Shown here in pieces: positions 1-17,925 of a stretch of 64,000 nt of DNA (its first letter is position 1; every line of letters begins with the position of its first letter). Position numbers and translations under genes: made by a program. Source of the stretch: the human T2T-CHM13v2.0 reference genome, Homo sapiens; the NCBI RefSeq assembly GCF_009914755.1, contig NC_060934.1; one strand, 5' to 3'. Below the pieces are notes generated by a model. The model saw only the letters and a list, made by a program, of their open reading frames with translations, did not search any database and was not told the DNA's origin.

Positions 1-381
1 CCCAAATTTTCATCTTATTCAGGATCTTAGTGAAATGCAGATTGAAGGGAATTGAGATTCCACATTTCCAGCAAGCTCCTGAAATGGGCATCGTCCAAAC
101 AGGGCCAGGCAGAATCGGGGGATGCTAAAGAACTGGAGGTAGAGGACACCCAGTTGGAGGGGTGCAGGCGGCCATCCTCCCCCTCTGAAGGTCCCTGTGG
201 GAGGAGCCAAGGGCCTGACTTCTTTGGGTGTGGGGCTGCCAAGCACTGGCTGGAGTTTAATCTGGATCCAAGGCTCACAAACAGCTGGTTCTTAAGGGAG
301 TGTCAGTGTTGCAGTGATGTTTGATAGAGCTAATCTGGCAATAGGACAGATAATGAGCTTTTCTGTAAATCTAAAAGTTTT

Positions 382-625
382 GGGCTGAGCATGATGGCTT
401 ATGCCTATAATCCCAGCACTTTGGGAGACTGCAGAGGGAGGATCTCTTGAGCCAGGGGTTTGAGATTAGCCTGGGCAACATAGTGAAACCCTATTTCTAC
501 AAAAAATTAAAAAATTAACTTCGTGTGGTGGTACACACCTGTGGTCCCAGCTACTTGGGAGGCTGAGGTAGGAGGACCATGTGAAGCTGGGAGTTTAAGA
601 TCCTGTCTCTAAAAAGAGAAAAAAA
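382..625 (+). mobile_element. AluJ-like element, right arm partly deleted
   Basis: Diverged Alu consensus. Confidence 0.85.
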
Positions 626-694
626 GTTTTAAGTTAAAGGTCCACTCTGTTCTGAGTTGATGTTCTTTTTCTGCCCCCTTTCCCCATCCTTTTT

Positions 695-982
695 TTTGTT
701 GTTGAGACAGAGTCTCGCTCTGTTGCCCAGGCTGGAGTGCAGTGGCGCGATCTTGGCTCACTGCAACTTCCGCCTCCTGGGTTCAAGCAGTTCTCTGCCT
801 CAGCCTCCCAAGTAGCTAGGATTATAGGCGCCTGCCACCACACCCAGCTAATTTTTGTATTTTTAGTAGAGGCAGGGTTTCACCATCTTGGCCAGGCCAG
901 TCTTGGACTCCTGACTTTGTGATCCACCTGCCTCGGCCTCCCAGAGTGCTGGGATTACAGGCATGAGCCGTGGTGCCCGGCC
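695..982 (-). mobile_element. AluS
   Basis: Full antisense Alu; TSD TCCCCATCCTTTTT at 681-694 and 983-996. Confidence 0.92.
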
Positions 983-1187
983 TCCCCATCCTTTTTATAC
1001 AGTCATCCCTCCACTGTCCAAGGGGGTTTGGTTCCAGGACATACCCCCTCCATTATGCCAAAATCCATAGATGCTCAAGTCCCTAATATAAAATGGTGTA
1101 GTATTTGCATATAACCTTCACACATTTTTCCCTAAACTTTGAACCATCTCCAGATTACATAAAAATATCTAATACAATGTAAAGGCT

Positions 1188-1477
1188 GGCTGGGTGCGGG
1201 GGCTCACGCTTATAATACAAGCATGTTGGGAGGCTGAGGCAGGCGAATTGCTTGAGCCCAGGAGTTCGAGTCCAGCCTGGGCAACATAGTGAGACCCTGT
1301 CTCTTAAAAAAAATTTAAAAATCAGTTGGGCTTGGTAACACACTCCTGTAGTCCCAGCTACTTGAGAGGCTGAGGCAGGATTGCTTGAGCCTGGGAGGTC
1401 AAGGCTGCAGTGAGCCCAGTTTGCGCCATTGCACTTGAGCCTAGGCGACAGAGCAAGACCCTGTCTCAAAAACAAAA
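1188..1477 (+). mobile_element. AluJ within MER2
   Basis: Alu consensus with A-tail. Confidence 0.9.
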
Positions 1478-1496
1478 GTAAATGCTGTGAAAATAG

Positions 1497-1791
<295 letters not shown>

Positions 1792-1924
1792 AGTTTTACT
1801 GTATTTTTTACTTGTATCATTTTTTGTTTTGTTTTGTTTTTTTTTATATTTTTCAAATATTTTTCATTCCCAGTTGGCTGAATCCATGGATACAGAACTG
1901 TGGTTGCAGAAGGCTGACTGTATT

Positions 1925-2375
1925 AAATCTCACAATTTCTGTAGGTCAGAGGTCCAGGCCCAGCATAGCTCAACTTATTCCCTCCTTAGGGTCTCACAAA
2001 GCCCAAATCAAATTGTTGGCAGGGCTGTGCTTCTCTCTGGAGGCTCTGGGAAGAATCCACTTCTAGGCTCATTCAGGTTTTCAGCAGAGTGCAGTTTCTT
2101 GCTACATGTAGAACTGAGTCCTTGCTTACTGTCAGCCAGGGCTACTCTTAGCCCTTAGAGTCCCTCACTGGTCCTCGCATGTGGCCCCTGTACTCAGATC
2201 CAGCAACAGTGCATCAAATCCTGCTGCTGCTTCTCTGCCTTCCTCTTCTGCCCTCAACTGGGAGGAAGCTCTGCTTTTAAGGGCTCATGTAATTACATTG
2301 GATAGCTCAGATGATCCCCCTATGTTAAGATCAGTTGATTAGTAACCTTAATTACATGTGCCAAGTCACTTTTGC
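1925..2375 (-). mobile_element. MLT1-type MaLR LTR
   Basis: ggaggctctgggaagaatcc and cttttaagggctcatgtaattacattgg motifs. Confidence 0.7.
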
Positions 2376-3857
2376 CCTTTCTTTTATGTAATAATGGACT
2401 ATACTTCCTGATTTTTTCACTTTGCTAAATAAAAAGGTGGCAATTAAAAATACTTTGAAATGTTCCTAGAGGTCTTCTGGGTAAAAAATAGTGGTTTGAG
2501 TAGACACATGTAATTTTGCTTTCTCCTAAACCCCCACATAAGATAAAGGGAGTTGTAAAAAAGAAATCAATGCATGAGGACAGGGAGAATGAGAAAGAAA
2601 ACAACAGCAAGAAAAATTTTGCAAGCAAAGAGTACATGAATGATTCAATTTAAAATGTAGGAGTGGATGGCATGAGATTTTTTTGTGGGGGGAGGGGAAC
2701 GTGGGCATCAGAGGTTGCTGAGTACAAGAATAGTTTGAAAGCAGCTAATGCAGTTACATCCTTCCATCCCTTCCTTTCCTTCCACCGTGATGCTGGGTGA
2801 TGGCCTCCGACTTTAGCTGCATGTTGCACATTTCTGCAGAAGGAAAAACCAAGGGCCCAGGAGCCTCCAGGTATTCTTGGGAGTTAATATAGAGACCACC
2901 TCCATTCTCTAGTCTTCTAACCCCTTTTAGCTTCTAGAACATTGACAGCCAGGCCCTTATAGATGAAAAGGGGCCTCACTGTGGAGTCTAACCAGCCTAA
3001 GATGGGAAAAAAATACAAATGATGCTGACAACAGGGATTTCCCAGCAAATGGCCCAACCAGATCATCCTAGACAGAAACTTAGCCGCCCAAGGACTCAGA
3101 GCTTCCAGCTGGTTCCTGAGTCATTCACTCTTAGTCATGCGGACTGCCAGGGATTACTAGATGGCTAAAGAAAGTGCCTAATATGAAGGAAAGCAAAACA
3201 AATGAAAAAAAGCAATTTGAAAGGAAGTCTATTTAGAGAAAAGAACATTTTGAAAAAAATTCTTGTATCCATGAAATAAGAACAGGATACAATAAAAAGG
3301 AACAGTTAGAAAACAAAGTTATCAGAAAATTTTTCAAAAATAAGAGCAGAGCAAAGATATCAGTAGTAGTATTAGAAAATAAAGTTCAGGGAGTCTTTCA
3401 GAAAATAGAGCAAACAGATGAGGAGATGAATAATAAATAAGGCAGAAAAGGTAAGAAAATTAAAGCATCAGCCAGGCTTCCCACATCAATTGATAGGAGC
3501 TAACCGAAAGGGAAAACAGAGAAGAAGGCAAGTGTCAAAATCATTGAGGAAAATATTGCCTGAAATAGGTTATTAGCTTCTCTATGGAGGGGCCTGTGGA
3601 ATATTGAGCCAAGTAGTTGAAGGCAGACCCAGACTAGTACCCTCAGATGTCAATATGCTTGGAAGAAGGGGATGATGCTACAAGTTACACAGAGAAAGAA
3701 ACAGGTCAAATACAGAGATCAGAAATCTGAGTGGTTTCGGGCTTCTCAATACATCTGAATATAGGAGGTGGGGGAGTGATGCCTTCATCATGCTCAATGA
3801 AATGGATCCCCAGCTTAGAACTCTGCACACAGCCAAACTCATTCAAGAGTGAAGGTA

Positions 3858-6209
<2,352 letters not shown>

Positions 6210-6780
6210 AAGAGTGAAGGTAGAAAAAAAATGTTTCAGACATACTGGATGTGAAAAACTTGCCTTTCACATTGAAGAAACTCGTGAAGGTGAACAAAGA
6301 CTGGATCTTCTTTAGGGTGTATCCCAAAAGATGTAAAGGGAATTCTGTGCACTGGTCCAGATGGAAGGATCTCCGAAGGCCCCAGGAGGATTTCTTTTTG
6401 AAGAAGAAATAGAAATAAAACATCAGATGTGAAAAAACTCAGGGTAGATTTAGACAACTGACATCAAATTTTCGGTTAAATATTGATAAATTCATAGAAA
6501 ATTAAGCAAACAAAACAAGAAGTTGTACGGGAAAAGAAATGAAATCATGTGTTATGTTGCTCACTCTGATAGCTCACATGGTCATAATAAGGTCAACTAT
6601 GAAAATTACTCCAGCCAGCACTGCAGTTTAATTAGTGGAGAGATTGGAAAGGACAAGCATGAGGGGTGGCTTGCAGGGAGAGGGATTTATGGGGAGTAAA
6701 GGGTTAAGTCCTCCTCTTCCAAGGTAGAAAGCAGATGCATAATGCGTAAAACTGAAAAGCTGGGGAATTGTAATACAAAA

Positions 6781-7151
6781 TGGCGCGATCTCGGCTCACC
6801 GTAACCTCCGCCTCCTGGGTTCAAGCGATTCTCCTGCCTCTGCCTCCCAATTAACTGGGATTACAGGCATGGGCCACTGCGCCTGGCTAATTTTTTTTTT
6901 GAGACTGAGTCTCGCTCTGTCGCTCACTGCAAGCTCTGCCTCCTGGGTTCATGCCATTCTCCTGCCTCAGCCTCCCGAGTAGCTGGGACTACAGGCACCT
7001 GCCACCATGCCCGGCTAATTGTTTGTATTTTTAGTAGAGATGGGGTTTTACCATGTTAGCCAGGATGGTCTCGATCTCCTGACCTCGTGATCCTCCCACC
7101 TCGGCCTTGCAAAGTGCTGGGATTACAGGCGTGAGCCACTGCGCTCAGCCT
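6781..7151 (-). mobile_element. Composite Alu: partial right arm joined to an AluY-like copy with a ~30-bp internal deletion
   Basis: Two consecutive antisense right arms; ctctgtcgc|tcactgc lacks the ccaggctggagtgcagtgg segment. Confidence 0.85.
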
Positions 7152-7331
7152 ACATGCAGACAGTTCTAAGAGATATTTGGGTGTAAACATCAAGAGTCAG
7201 CTAGAAGTTGGAAGTGTCACCTAGAAAGGGAAAACCTGACTTAAGGGCTGGGATCTGCTGTTTTCTCAACATGGTTTTTACAGTAGTTGATTCTTAGATT
7301 ATGTGCAGTTATGATTTTGAAAAATGAATAG

Positions 7332-7685
<354 letters not shown>

Positions 7686-7824
7686 TCCACAAAACTCATT
7701 TTAGTTGTGCATGTGAGTGTGCGTGTGCACTGGATTGACTTTTGTTAAATGTATTTCTTACTATGGGTTGTGATAAGATTTGAAAACCCTTGTTTAGTGG
7801 TTTCTCATTGTCAGTTCACTTTTC

Positions 7825-8162
<338 letters not shown>

Positions 8163-8723
8163 TGAGATATTTTACAGTTGAGAATGTGCTACTTTTTTAA
8201 TTTAAAAAAGGGCAGGAGGGAGGAATATTAAAGGTGAGTACAACACTGAAGCCAAGGAGCCCTGTTTATGATGACTGCCAGCCTTATATATTGTAGCAAG
8301 CATTCTCCTTCCCAGCAGGGGCACCTCCAACCAGCAGCGGCCCCATTTTCATTTATAATACAAAGGTGGTAATGGTAAGTGTGATGCTGGAAACCTTTTT
8401 GGAAAATCACTTGTAAGTCCACCACCACCCCATGCAGCCATTTTCATGCTCTTAACATTCCACTTTGGCCTTTAAGCACATGCTTACAAATTGTCTCATA
8501 ATTGCAAACCATGAGGTTCATGTTTCACTTAATGTGTATTCTTTTTCTGGAGGCAAATTCTTAGTCATTAGTTTATTGATTAAGGGTGTGACCTTTTTTT
8601 GGGTGGTAAATGTAACCATATTGCTACCAAATGGTAGTAACCGTTTCATCTGCTGCCAACAAGGAATAAATGTGTTTGCCACAATAGTGGTGGCAATTTT
8701 GTTAAATTAAAAAGTGTAAAGTA

Positions 8724-9351
<628 letters not shown>

Positions 9352-9404
9352 GTGTAAAATAGTATATCTGGGTTGTCTTTAAGTTTTATTTCTAGTGACA
9401 TTGA

Positions 9405-9788
<384 letters not shown>

Positions 9789-12037
9789 TAACATTTGTGT
9801 TTCCTTTTTTATTTTAATGTTACTTTTATTCATGGGGATTTTTTAGATTTGTTATCTGTTCAGGCTTGGTAGTCTTGTGCTTTGAATTGTTTTTTCCTGT
9901 TGCCTCAAAAGTTGAAGGTGGGTAAAATGGACTTGAAAACCCTGTTCTCTGGGTGTGGTGTGTGCATGTATGTGCATATGCCCTTTAAATCTGTAAGTTG
10001 TTATTTGCTTATTATTTAACTCCCCTCAAGTTGCTAACCAGTTATCTCACTACTGTTAAACAATTCTCCCTTTGCCCTGTTTTGAGAAGTTGGTATTTTG
10101 ATAAACATGTGCCTCCTTCCTGCCACACTGATGCTTTATTTTCTATCACATTCTTAGAGTTGAGACAGTTTGAGATCCTAATTTTTTTTCTAGGCACACA
10201 AAATAGCTTTTGGAGATTCTTCTCTGCTGGAATGGTACCTAACATTTGTGAAAAGTTTACCCATCTCTACTTTTAGGAAGGTTCTTAGTCATGCGTGCGT
10301 GTGTGTGTGTAAGATAAAGAGTGTTGGTGTTCTTTGTGGATGCATCTGCTCATAGAGGGCTAACTTCTGCCTTCCTTCAGTATGATGTGGTTTAGCAAAT
10401 GAGGTGAGATGCTAGGGACCATGGTCATTTTGGGAATCATTTTGGGTCAGATCTGGGTTCTAGTTTCAGCACTACTGCCTTTATCAGCCTTCCTGCATTT
10501 TTGTGTAAATGCCCTAGTAGCTCCGTTGGTGGCTCAGGAGCGCTCAGTCCTTTTTTCCTCCCTTGGGGTTCTGAAGCCTCCGAGCCATACCTGTTGTGCA
10601 GCTCCATCATTACCCCTCCACAGTCAGAAGGCCACCTTACACTGTGTAGGAGGATGTGGCTTAGGCTGGAGTCCTAATGAGTCTCCCATTTACCTTCTTC
10701 AGCTTAAACTATGTGGAGACCAGGATCTGCCAGCCCCACAGAGGGTCAGGACCTGCTTTCCAACCCGCTGGCCAACACAGCAGAGAGGGACAGATTGAGA
10801 GGTGCCTTCCCTCCCTGTCCCGAGGTTAGGTGGGTGGCAGGGGTGGGAAAGCGGGGAGCGGAGAAGGAAAACTGAAATGTTTCTTTTCAACAGTTTATTG
10901 CAATAGTTTCCTCTTCTGTGGGTTGAGGATGGGGGAAAAAGTGTCACTGGGACAGCCCCACCCCTAGACCTCATGGGGTTATCCTGGGTTGTACAAAAAT
11001 GGCCAAAAATGGCATAATACTGGCGGTGCATGTGCTCTGGGTTGTAAGTGGCACGTGCATCAGGATACGTTGTCTGGGTGTGGCACACCTCTTCTTGGAT
11101 GAGAGAGGGTTTCTTCCTAGTTATTCCGCAGTGTGGCCCCTAGTGTAGTTTCGAGTGTTGATGTTACCAGGGGGGAAGTGAGGGCTTGGAGTTTAGGACG
11201 TGGCTGTGAGAGTCTCTGACGGGTGTAGGTGTGGACCCCAGCATCTGAAGGCAGAATTGTTCCCTGGTTGGTCATGCGTGTTGGGTGGAAGGTGAAGCAG
11301 CAGATGGTGAGGGAAGCCAGGCGCCCTGTGGAGAATCCTTGCTCCAGAGCGCTGGCCTTCCTGCCAACTGCATCCCCATGAAGTGTTCCCTGTAGCCTTT
11401 CCATGTTCTGTACACTTTATGGGTGTGAGCTGCAGGAGACCAGGGACCGTCAGGTTGAGATTCCCTGTGTTGCCACAGGACAGTCATTTTGCAAAGGCCC
11501 CGGGCAGGGGAGCAGAGGTGAGCCACCAACACTGTGGAAAGCACACAGACACGTTTGCTAATGAGCTGGTTTCTTTGTGGAGCTTTCATCAAGGAGGAAG
11601 GGGGAAGTTTGGCTTTTCTTACTGCTTCCGGAGAGTTCTTTACAGGGTTGGGTTAAATGAGGTCAAAGGAGCACTCTGTAGGATCCCAAGGCATTGGATT
11701 CCATGGCTCGCACCAGCCCTCCTTAGTTCCTGAGGCCCAGCTCCCTGGAGGGCACAGCCTTCTACTTTCCAGGCTCCTCTGGGAACCACGAGGAAGAGAG
11801 GAGGCGGGATTGTCTTGTCCATAAAAAAAGAATAGAGTTTCTACCGCTTAGAACATTTTTCTGCCTCATAAGGCATTTCCAGCTGAATTGACAGTTCTCT
11901 GTGATAAATGTACTTGAGTTTTAGGTTAAAAATTTTTTTTCATCCTATATGCATTAATCCAGACATGGATTTATGGTTGGGTAGCCCAACCCTCCCCTGA
12001 AGGGAAAAAAAAGAACAATTTAAAAAGTCAAACCATT

Positions 12038-12180
12038 GGCTGGGTGTGGTGGCTCATGCAGGTAATCTCAGCAATTTGGGAGGCCCTGGCAGGAGGATTG
12101 CTTAAGGCCAGGAGTTTGAGACTAGCCTGGGCAACATAACATAGTGAGACTCCTATCTCTACCTACACAAAAAATTAACA
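12038..12180 (+). mobile_element. Alu left monomer (FLAM-like)
   Basis: Single monomer followed by an A-rich tract. Confidence 0.8.
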
Positions 12181-12384
12181 AACCAACCCAGTGCTTTGGG
12201 ACCCTGTAATTTGAAACAAGCTGGTGAATGCTAGTTATAGCTACCGTTAGGTTAGTTGCCTACACGGAGCCCCTCTCTGCGAATCCGTGTGCTGCACCAC
12301 AGCTCAACAGGCCCGTCTACCTTGTAAGATCCCCAAGGGGACTGCTGCAGCCCTCAGTGCCTAAGCTGATACCTGATCTGCTGG

Positions 12385-12580
12385 GCATGGGTCTGCTGGC
12401 ATGTCAGTATCACCGTGGGGGCGGGGGTGGGGGACTTGTCGGAAATGCAGATTCAAGGCTCCAACGCAGACCTTCTTACCAGAACCTTGTGTTGGGGGCT
12501 GGGATCTGTATTTAAAATAAGTGATTCTGATGCTGCCAGCCAGGACCCTCATGCCAGTGACATTGGAGCAGGTCACTAAA
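12385..12580. mobile_element. MER5A-like hAT MITE
   Basis: gaaatgcagattc...atctgtattt...gtgattctgatgc motifs. Confidence 0.6.
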
Positions 12581-14331
12581 AGCCCCACTTTAGTTGAGGA
12601 TGCTGAGGTCCTGAGAGAGCAGGGACTTGCATGGGCTGAGGTCATGTTGCTGAAGGAAGGCGCCTGTGTCTCTTCCTTGAGAGCTGCTTTTCTCCCTGCA
12701 GCCGCTCTGGCCCATACAGTGTTCAGGCCTTGTGTGTGTCCTTGTGTCCTGTAGAGTCCTTGGGCAACAGGTGGTTGTGTTCACACTCATTCTTGGAGGC
12801 AAGTTTTATGGATGTGCTCTTGTGATGGTGGGGCGGTGGTAGGGGGGAGGTGGGGATAGGGCAGCTGGGTAGCCGTCTGCCTGTCATTCTCCCCAGCTGG
12901 TTTCTGAGGTCAGACAGAAGGAGGGTCTGGTGGGTGAGTGGTGGTGTCTAGGCTGTGCCCGTCAATTCCACACCGTGGGAGAGGTGGAGCGGTCACAGGT
13001 TCCGTTTCCAGAGGAGTGTGGTTTCATGTCCCTTCTTGGCACTTCTTTCTCAGAACATTGCAGACCAGCAGCCAGCCTGCCGTGGCTGCCTCACAGGAAG
13101 GGGTTTTGCAAGTAGCCACTCCGTGGAAGCTGGTTTCTCACTGGCGGATGTGGGTGGGTCGCCTCCTCACCTCTAGGGTGGCCTTGTCTCCTTTCGCCTT
13201 GGGCTGTGTTACTCTCCTCACCTGGGAAGTGGGGGGTGAGCAGGGGGCTGGCATGGGACCACTGCCCTACGGGCCTCTGATCCTGTCCCTACCTGTGCAC
13301 TTGAGGCACTCCCTCCTTCCCCACTGTTCAGCCACTGCATTGGGGGCAGGGGACCGTGGAGGACTTCGGGGTCCACCTGGATTGCCACTGGGGTTCAAAA
13401 AGGAAAGCAGCAAAGGTAGGCCAGGCCCTCAGAAAAGTCCCTCGGAAATAGCACCCTCCTGCAGTAGGATCTCTGAGGTTGCTTTGAGGGTTAGACACAG
13501 ATAAAAAACAGTGGCCCCACCCTTCACTCTGTAGTTCACAGGGTCTTCCCACATAGGCTGTGTAATCCAAGCTTCATTACAGCCCTGGAGGACAAAGCTA
13601 TGGCTATAGTCTGGGTTGAGGTGGAGTGGGGGGCGAGTGACAGGGGAGGGAGGGAGCAGGGGGATGGCTGCTGGCTGCAGTGGCCTTCCTCACCTCTGAG
13701 GGCTGAGCTTCAGAGGTTTTCAGAAAATGTTGCATGAATGAGTATGGAGTCCTCATCTTGGCTTTTCTTCACTGGGCACAGTTGGATCATGTCCAGACCT
13801 GCCTGCACGTTCATCTCCCAAACATGTCTCTTTGTGGTCAAGCCCGTTTCTTCTGTTGGCTCTGGTGGGTGGAAAGAACGTGGACTGTGAAGTCCCCTGT
13901 CCTTGGTTCCAATCCTGGGCTGTCATTGCTCTCTTGTCCTTGGGCAAGTCATGTGACCTTTCTGAATGGTTTCCTCAACCATGAAGTGGAAAAAAATCAA
14001 TTCCCAATCGAGAGGTGATGAGATCAATATTTGGGAAGGCTCCAAGCCGAATTTCTGGTACTTAGAAGACACTTAAAAAGCATCTTTCTTCCTTTCAAAA
14101 ATCTCCCTTATCCTTTCGTTTGTCTTTTGGAGAGCTGATTTAACCTGAGTTTTGCATTACCTATACCTGGCCTTGGTATCAGGCCTCTGCTTGGACCAGT
14201 AAAGGGTCATGAGGGAAATGATCGGGAGCTTTCTAGAATCCGCATATGAGCTGGTTTGGGGGAAAGGTTTTAACGCTGAGCCTGCCATCTCACTAGTCAC
14301 ACATCTCTCCGCAGATTCTGCTTCTCAGAAG

Positions 14332-14412
14332 ATGCACTATTATAGATACTCTAACGCCAAGGTCAGCTGCTGGTACAAGTACCTCCTTTTCAGCTACAAC
14401 ATCATCTTCTGG
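14332..14412 (+). CDS. TSPAN14: TSPAN14 first coding exon (aa 1-27, MHYYRYSNAKVSCWYKYLLFSYNIIFW); exon begins at 14315 with 17 nt of 5'UTR
   Basis: Acceptor ctctccgcAG at 14313-14314, ATG at 14332, donor TGG|gtaagt at 14413. The peptide matches the tetraspanin-14 N-terminus and start of TM1 (KYLLFxxNxxFW). Confidence 0.97.
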
Positions 14413-14739
14413 GTAAGTGGATGAGAGCTGCCACATTCCCTTGTTTAGTCCTTCATTCAGTAAATTATGGTTTTCCACACACTCTTGATTTGCCAGACAC
14501 TATGTAAGGCTCTGGGATAAGGTGGTGGGCAGGGTCAGTGACCCCTACCCTCACAGAACCAGTTGCAGCTGTGGGGATGGGGGAAGGCCAAAGGCCGAGG
14601 TGATTGAAAGCCAGAGTAAGGCCAACCCAGCCTTGGGGGTTCAGGAAGCCTTGGGGCTCTGGCCCAGATGCCTGTCTGTCTCCCCTACCTGCCCCCTGTT
14701 CCGATCCTGGGAGTGCCCCAATGAGACATCAGCAGCAAG

Positions 14740-15950
14740 GTACTTTGTGTGCATCTGACTATGGGCCAGGCCCTGTTTTAGGTTCTGGGAGGTGATAACA
14801 GACAAGGGCAATAAAGTCTTATCCTTGTAGTGCTTATGTGTAACCAAGAGCCATGTTAGCCTCCTGAGCAACAGGACAGTGAGGGAGAAGCTCCTTGGAT
14901 AGGGTGACCAGGGACAGGCATTCTGTGGAGGTGACTTGTGGGCTGAAAACTTGAGTACTAATGAAGAGGCAGCCAAGCAGGAGTCTGGGGAAGAATGCTC
15001 CAGATAGACAGAATGGCAGCTGCAAAGGGCCTGAGGCAGGAATGAGCTTTGTGTGTGCAAAGGACAAACAGAAGGCCATGTGGCTGGAGCTGAGTAAGTG
15101 GGAGAAGGGACACAGGTGGGGACAGAGGCATGCAGGATTCAGGTCACAAAGGATCATACAGGTCTCAATAAATAGTTGGAATTACTTTCTACTGCTTTAA
15201 ATAATTATTGGAAGGCTTGTAAGTTGGGTGGTGTGATCTGATTTTGTAGTGACTGCAGAGTGAGGGGATGGATGGTGGTACCAGGTTCTGAGATGGGATT
15301 TGGGGTAGAAGGGGTACATTTAAGTTATCTCATAGCCAGCCTCAGGGAGATACTATTTCCTTTGTCGTTGACTGTCCTGGAGATGGAAGTCTTGGCCAAC
15401 CACCATCAGAGGAAGGGCTGGACCAGATGAGAGCATGGAAGATGGGTGTGTTGACTGAGAAGAGGAGAGGTCTGAATATTGAGCCCTAGGATGCTAGAGG
15501 TTGGGTCGAGGAAGAAAACCCACTCCCAAGTTGGCTGAGAGCGAGTGGCCTGTGGTAAAGGGAAGACCAGGAGATTGTGTATTGTAGAAGCCTTTAAAGT
15601 AGAAAGGCACAGTCAACCATGGTGCAGGGAGGTGAAGAAGGATGAGGACAGGACATTGGTAATGGCTTAGACAAAGTGGAGGTTGTTGATGTTGACGGGA
15701 CCACTGTGAGCTCTGGGTAGGGGATCTGGGCGGGTGGATAGAAACCCAGCTGGAGTCGGCTGAGGAGCCAATGAGAAGTAAAGAAGTGAAGGGGATGACT
15801 CTTGACAGTTCTTCCAAGGATGCTTGCCTTAAAGAGGAGAAGAAAAATTTGGACACTGGCTGGAGATGGTCAAGGGATTAAGGGAGATATAGCATGTGTT
15901 TATTGCCAGTGGGATTGGTCCAGGGAGAGGCAGACATTGATTCTGTGCAG
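14740..15950 (-). mobile_element. L2 relic(s)
   Basis: ggaggtgacttgtgggctga, aagaatgctccagatagacagaatggcagctgcaaagggcctgaggcagga and similar L2-like motifs. Bounds approximate. Confidence 0.55.
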
Positions 15951-17632
15951 GAGGGCCTGGGGACATGATCATGCACAGAGTCTTTGAAAACCATTAAACA
16001 TAGTTTATGAATATCTGTGTGGGGGTAGGTGGAGAAAGAAGGACAGAATGAGTGGCCATGATGTCACATTTTGCTTCTACTGCAGATTTGGCATCTCCTA
16101 TGGGGACTGGAACTCTTGAAAACAAGGCAGACTTACTAAGCCTTCTCAGCCTTGCAAGCTTGATTTTACAGCTTCATCTCCTGGTGATTTATCTTAGTAT
16201 GTTTGGGGATTTTCTGTCCTAGAGAAATAAGGTGGGATTCAATGGCTTGGTCTTTTAGCCCACATCTTTTCCTGTGGTCCGATAACTTTGCACCAACATC
16301 TGCATCATTGTCCCTGGAATAGGGCATTGCTGGATATTTGATGTGGTGCCTCTGGGTCCCTCTTAATGCGGGAGTCCATGCTCCATCCTCATGATGTATG
16401 GCTTCTCAGAGCAGCATTGTTCCCTGTCTGGAGAGCCCTCTGGCCTTACCTGGTGTTCCCCTCCACCATCCCGCACCCCCAGGCAAGTATATGGTGGAGG
16501 TTCGCTGGGCTAGGCAGGCAGTCTGTCACTTGTGCACTTGGACACCCAGTTGCTCCTCTCTGTGGGTGTGCTGCTTGGCTTTGTGCCTCAACCTCCAACT
16601 CTCATCTTGATTTCTGCAGCTAGAGCAGCACTCTCCCACTACTGCTGTGGCTGAGGGCCCTGGTATCTTCATTTCTTCAGAGGGTTTCAGGAGAGAGTTT
16701 TTGACATCAGGGAGCTCTACTAACTTGCCCAGTAACACGTTTGCAGCACTATATTCCAGTAGTGGAGTGCATGAATCCAGCATGGTAGCAAGTCTGCTTG
16801 GTGGTTGAAGGGTGCTGCAGTGTTTTTGGGCTTTTGCAGATTTGGCAATGTGTGTTGAAAGTTAATCATTTTTCAGTTAGTGTGCCTTGGGGCAGAACAG
16901 GAAGGAACAAACAGGAACAGTCAGGAAGACCAAACATGAGAGAGCTTGGTTGGGAAATAAGAGTGGGAGGCCAAGTGCCTTGCCTAGGGGGAAGCTGCTG
17001 GACCCTCCCCACTGGGTTCCTGGTAGTGATGTGCAGTCTTCATTTGCAATGGAGCTGGCAAATGGGGTGAGGCCTGAGATGGGCGCACAGACCTCTGGGA
17101 AGCTCACGGTGTAGCAGGAGGGTGCCGGGCTGGCTCTGGGCACCCAGGGCCTCCCTGAGCTGAGTGACCTGGCTAAGCCTCAGTGTTTTCCTTGTGATGT
17201 AGCACTCTCAGCTGCCTAGTGTCTGCCTCAGGTTGCTGAAAATGTATAAAGTGGAATGCCCAAGCCCTTACCTCTTCAGATAAGTTTTCTTTTTTTTTAA
17301 ATGGAGAAAATATGAAAGTAGGATAATAAAATGAACTCCATGTTCCCACCATCTAGCTTATTTGATTTGTATCCCCCTGCCCAACCCTTTGGATTATTTT
17401 GAAGCAAAGCCCAGGTAGATGATTTTGCAGTGTTTTTATTTGTATTTTGTTTAATGAATTAACAGTGAGCAGTGGTGCAGAAGGATTGCACGTGTTGATG
17501 GTGGACACTGGGCTCAGCAGGCAAGTTTGAATGTGCAGAAGGCAACTTGTTGCTTCTGTGACCAATCCTAGGTGTTGGGACAAATATGAGGTTTTATTTA
17601 GTAGTTTGCCCTCACTTAGAATTATTTTCACA

Positions 17633-17925
17633 GGCCTGGCGCGGTGGCTCACATCTGTAATCCCAGCACTTTGGGAGGCCGAGGCAGGCGGATCACGAGG
17701 TCAGGAGATCAAGACCATCCTGGCTAACACGGTGAAACTCCGTCTCTACTAAAAATACAAAAAATTAGCCGGGCGTGGTGGTGGGCACCTGTAGCCCCAG
17801 CTACTCAGGAGGCTGAGGCAGGAGAATGGCGTGAACCCGGGAGGCGGAGCTTGCAGTGAGCCAAGATCGCGCCACTGCACTCCAGCCTGGGCGACAGAGC
17901 GAGACTCAGTCTCAAAAAAAAAAAA
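17633..17925 (+). mobile_element. AluY
   Basis: accatcctggctaacacgg and ggagcttgcagtgag diagnostics; TSD ttattttcaca. Confidence 0.94.

Noticed and set aside
14209-14331. In-frame upstream ATG extension of the first coding exon in the ORF track (MREMIG...)
   Set aside because: Lies mostly upstream of the acceptor at 14314, so intronic unless the intron end is retained.
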